A stretch of DNA of 64,000 bases from Glaucostegus cemiculus (Eukaryota): positions 3,348,001 through 3,412,000 of the forward strand of contig CDPCPM010000418.1 of the NCBI GenBank assembly GCA_976551045.1, in the 5' to 3' direction. A program made the translations under genes and the position numbers. Position 1 is the first letter of the stretch. Every line of letters starts with the position of its first letter. Positions 63,296 through 64,000 of the stretch are shown here, one piece after another. The notes beneath the pieces are model-generated. The model was given only the letters and a program-made list of their open reading frames with translations, had not been told where the DNA came from and did not search any database.

Positions 63296-64000
63296 CTAAA
63301 ACCTCATGACTCAGTCTGATCCAACCAGAGCCTGAGGAACTACAATCTTTCCCAAAGCCAACCCAACTGGACACCTTGTGGGCTTTGGGCTTGGTTTGGG
63401 TAGCCAGGTTCTAATAAAGTGAGCTGAACAACGTCATTTGCAAATTAACTGGCAGATTTGGGAGGTTAATAGAGGGAGGCCACCCTACAATGGAGTTCTG
63501 CAGGTCTGTCAGTTCAAAGGAATTCAAAGGGGACAAACTACTGGCAGACAATAGCTGGACATGCAGTGACACAGGAACCAGGCAGGAAGGAAAATAAGAA
63601 AAGCAAACAGGATGCCTCACTCTCAATTGTCTGAAAATCTCATTACTTATAAATACCTGCATGTTCTGAACTCTCCCGGATCTGGCTCCTATTCTCTTTC
63701 CCTAGTTGCAGTGCCGGGGGCACAGGGATTTGGGAAGGAGCGAGAAATGGTGGTTTATTAAAGCTCATTCAGAGTGCGGAACAAGCTTCCTTGCAAACTA
63801 GTAAACCCCAGCATGGGGTGATCATTAACATCTACATGCCAGCAAGTAATGAAATACACCCTGTGATGCAGAGTCAATGTAACACTCTGGTCCCCCATTT
63901 AAGTCATTGCCTCTAATAGACTGGCACACCATTAGCAAATGCAATCTGTGCTCTTCAAATTATTTAATTCTGCAGCGGGGACTCAGGCAGTCTCAACCCA

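Overview
Eukaryotic, repeat-rich, essentially non-coding DNA. The repeat families (HE1-type V-SINE, Deu-domain SINEs, CR1/HER1, L2, Rex1/Babar, RTE, Penelope-derived palindromes) point to a cartilaginous fish (elasmobranch). No protein-coding gene could be identified by name, and nearly all listed ORFs come from microsatellites or retroelements. Best-supported items: a fossil two-gene Harbinger transposon (about 11-13.8 kb), a degraded RTE LINE with a nested CR1 (60.6-63.3 kb), about 15 Deu-SINE copies, a Penelope-type minimal hammerhead ribozyme motif with an intact core (28468-28506), a CpG-enriched promoter-like zone (about 22-28 kb), and a polypurine/tandem-repeat block around a 196-N assembly gap (52 kb). 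A series of minus-strand splice-site pairs (48.5, 23.3, 22.4, 18.4, 15.1, 7.3, 1.1 kb) suggests a spliced leftward transcript (lncRNA, 5' UTR exons or a small orphan ORF). One of these pairs has a recursive-splice-site-like AG|GT motif. I found no convincing wholly new biological system. Repeat names and boundaries are by-eye matches to remembered consensus sequences and are approximate.
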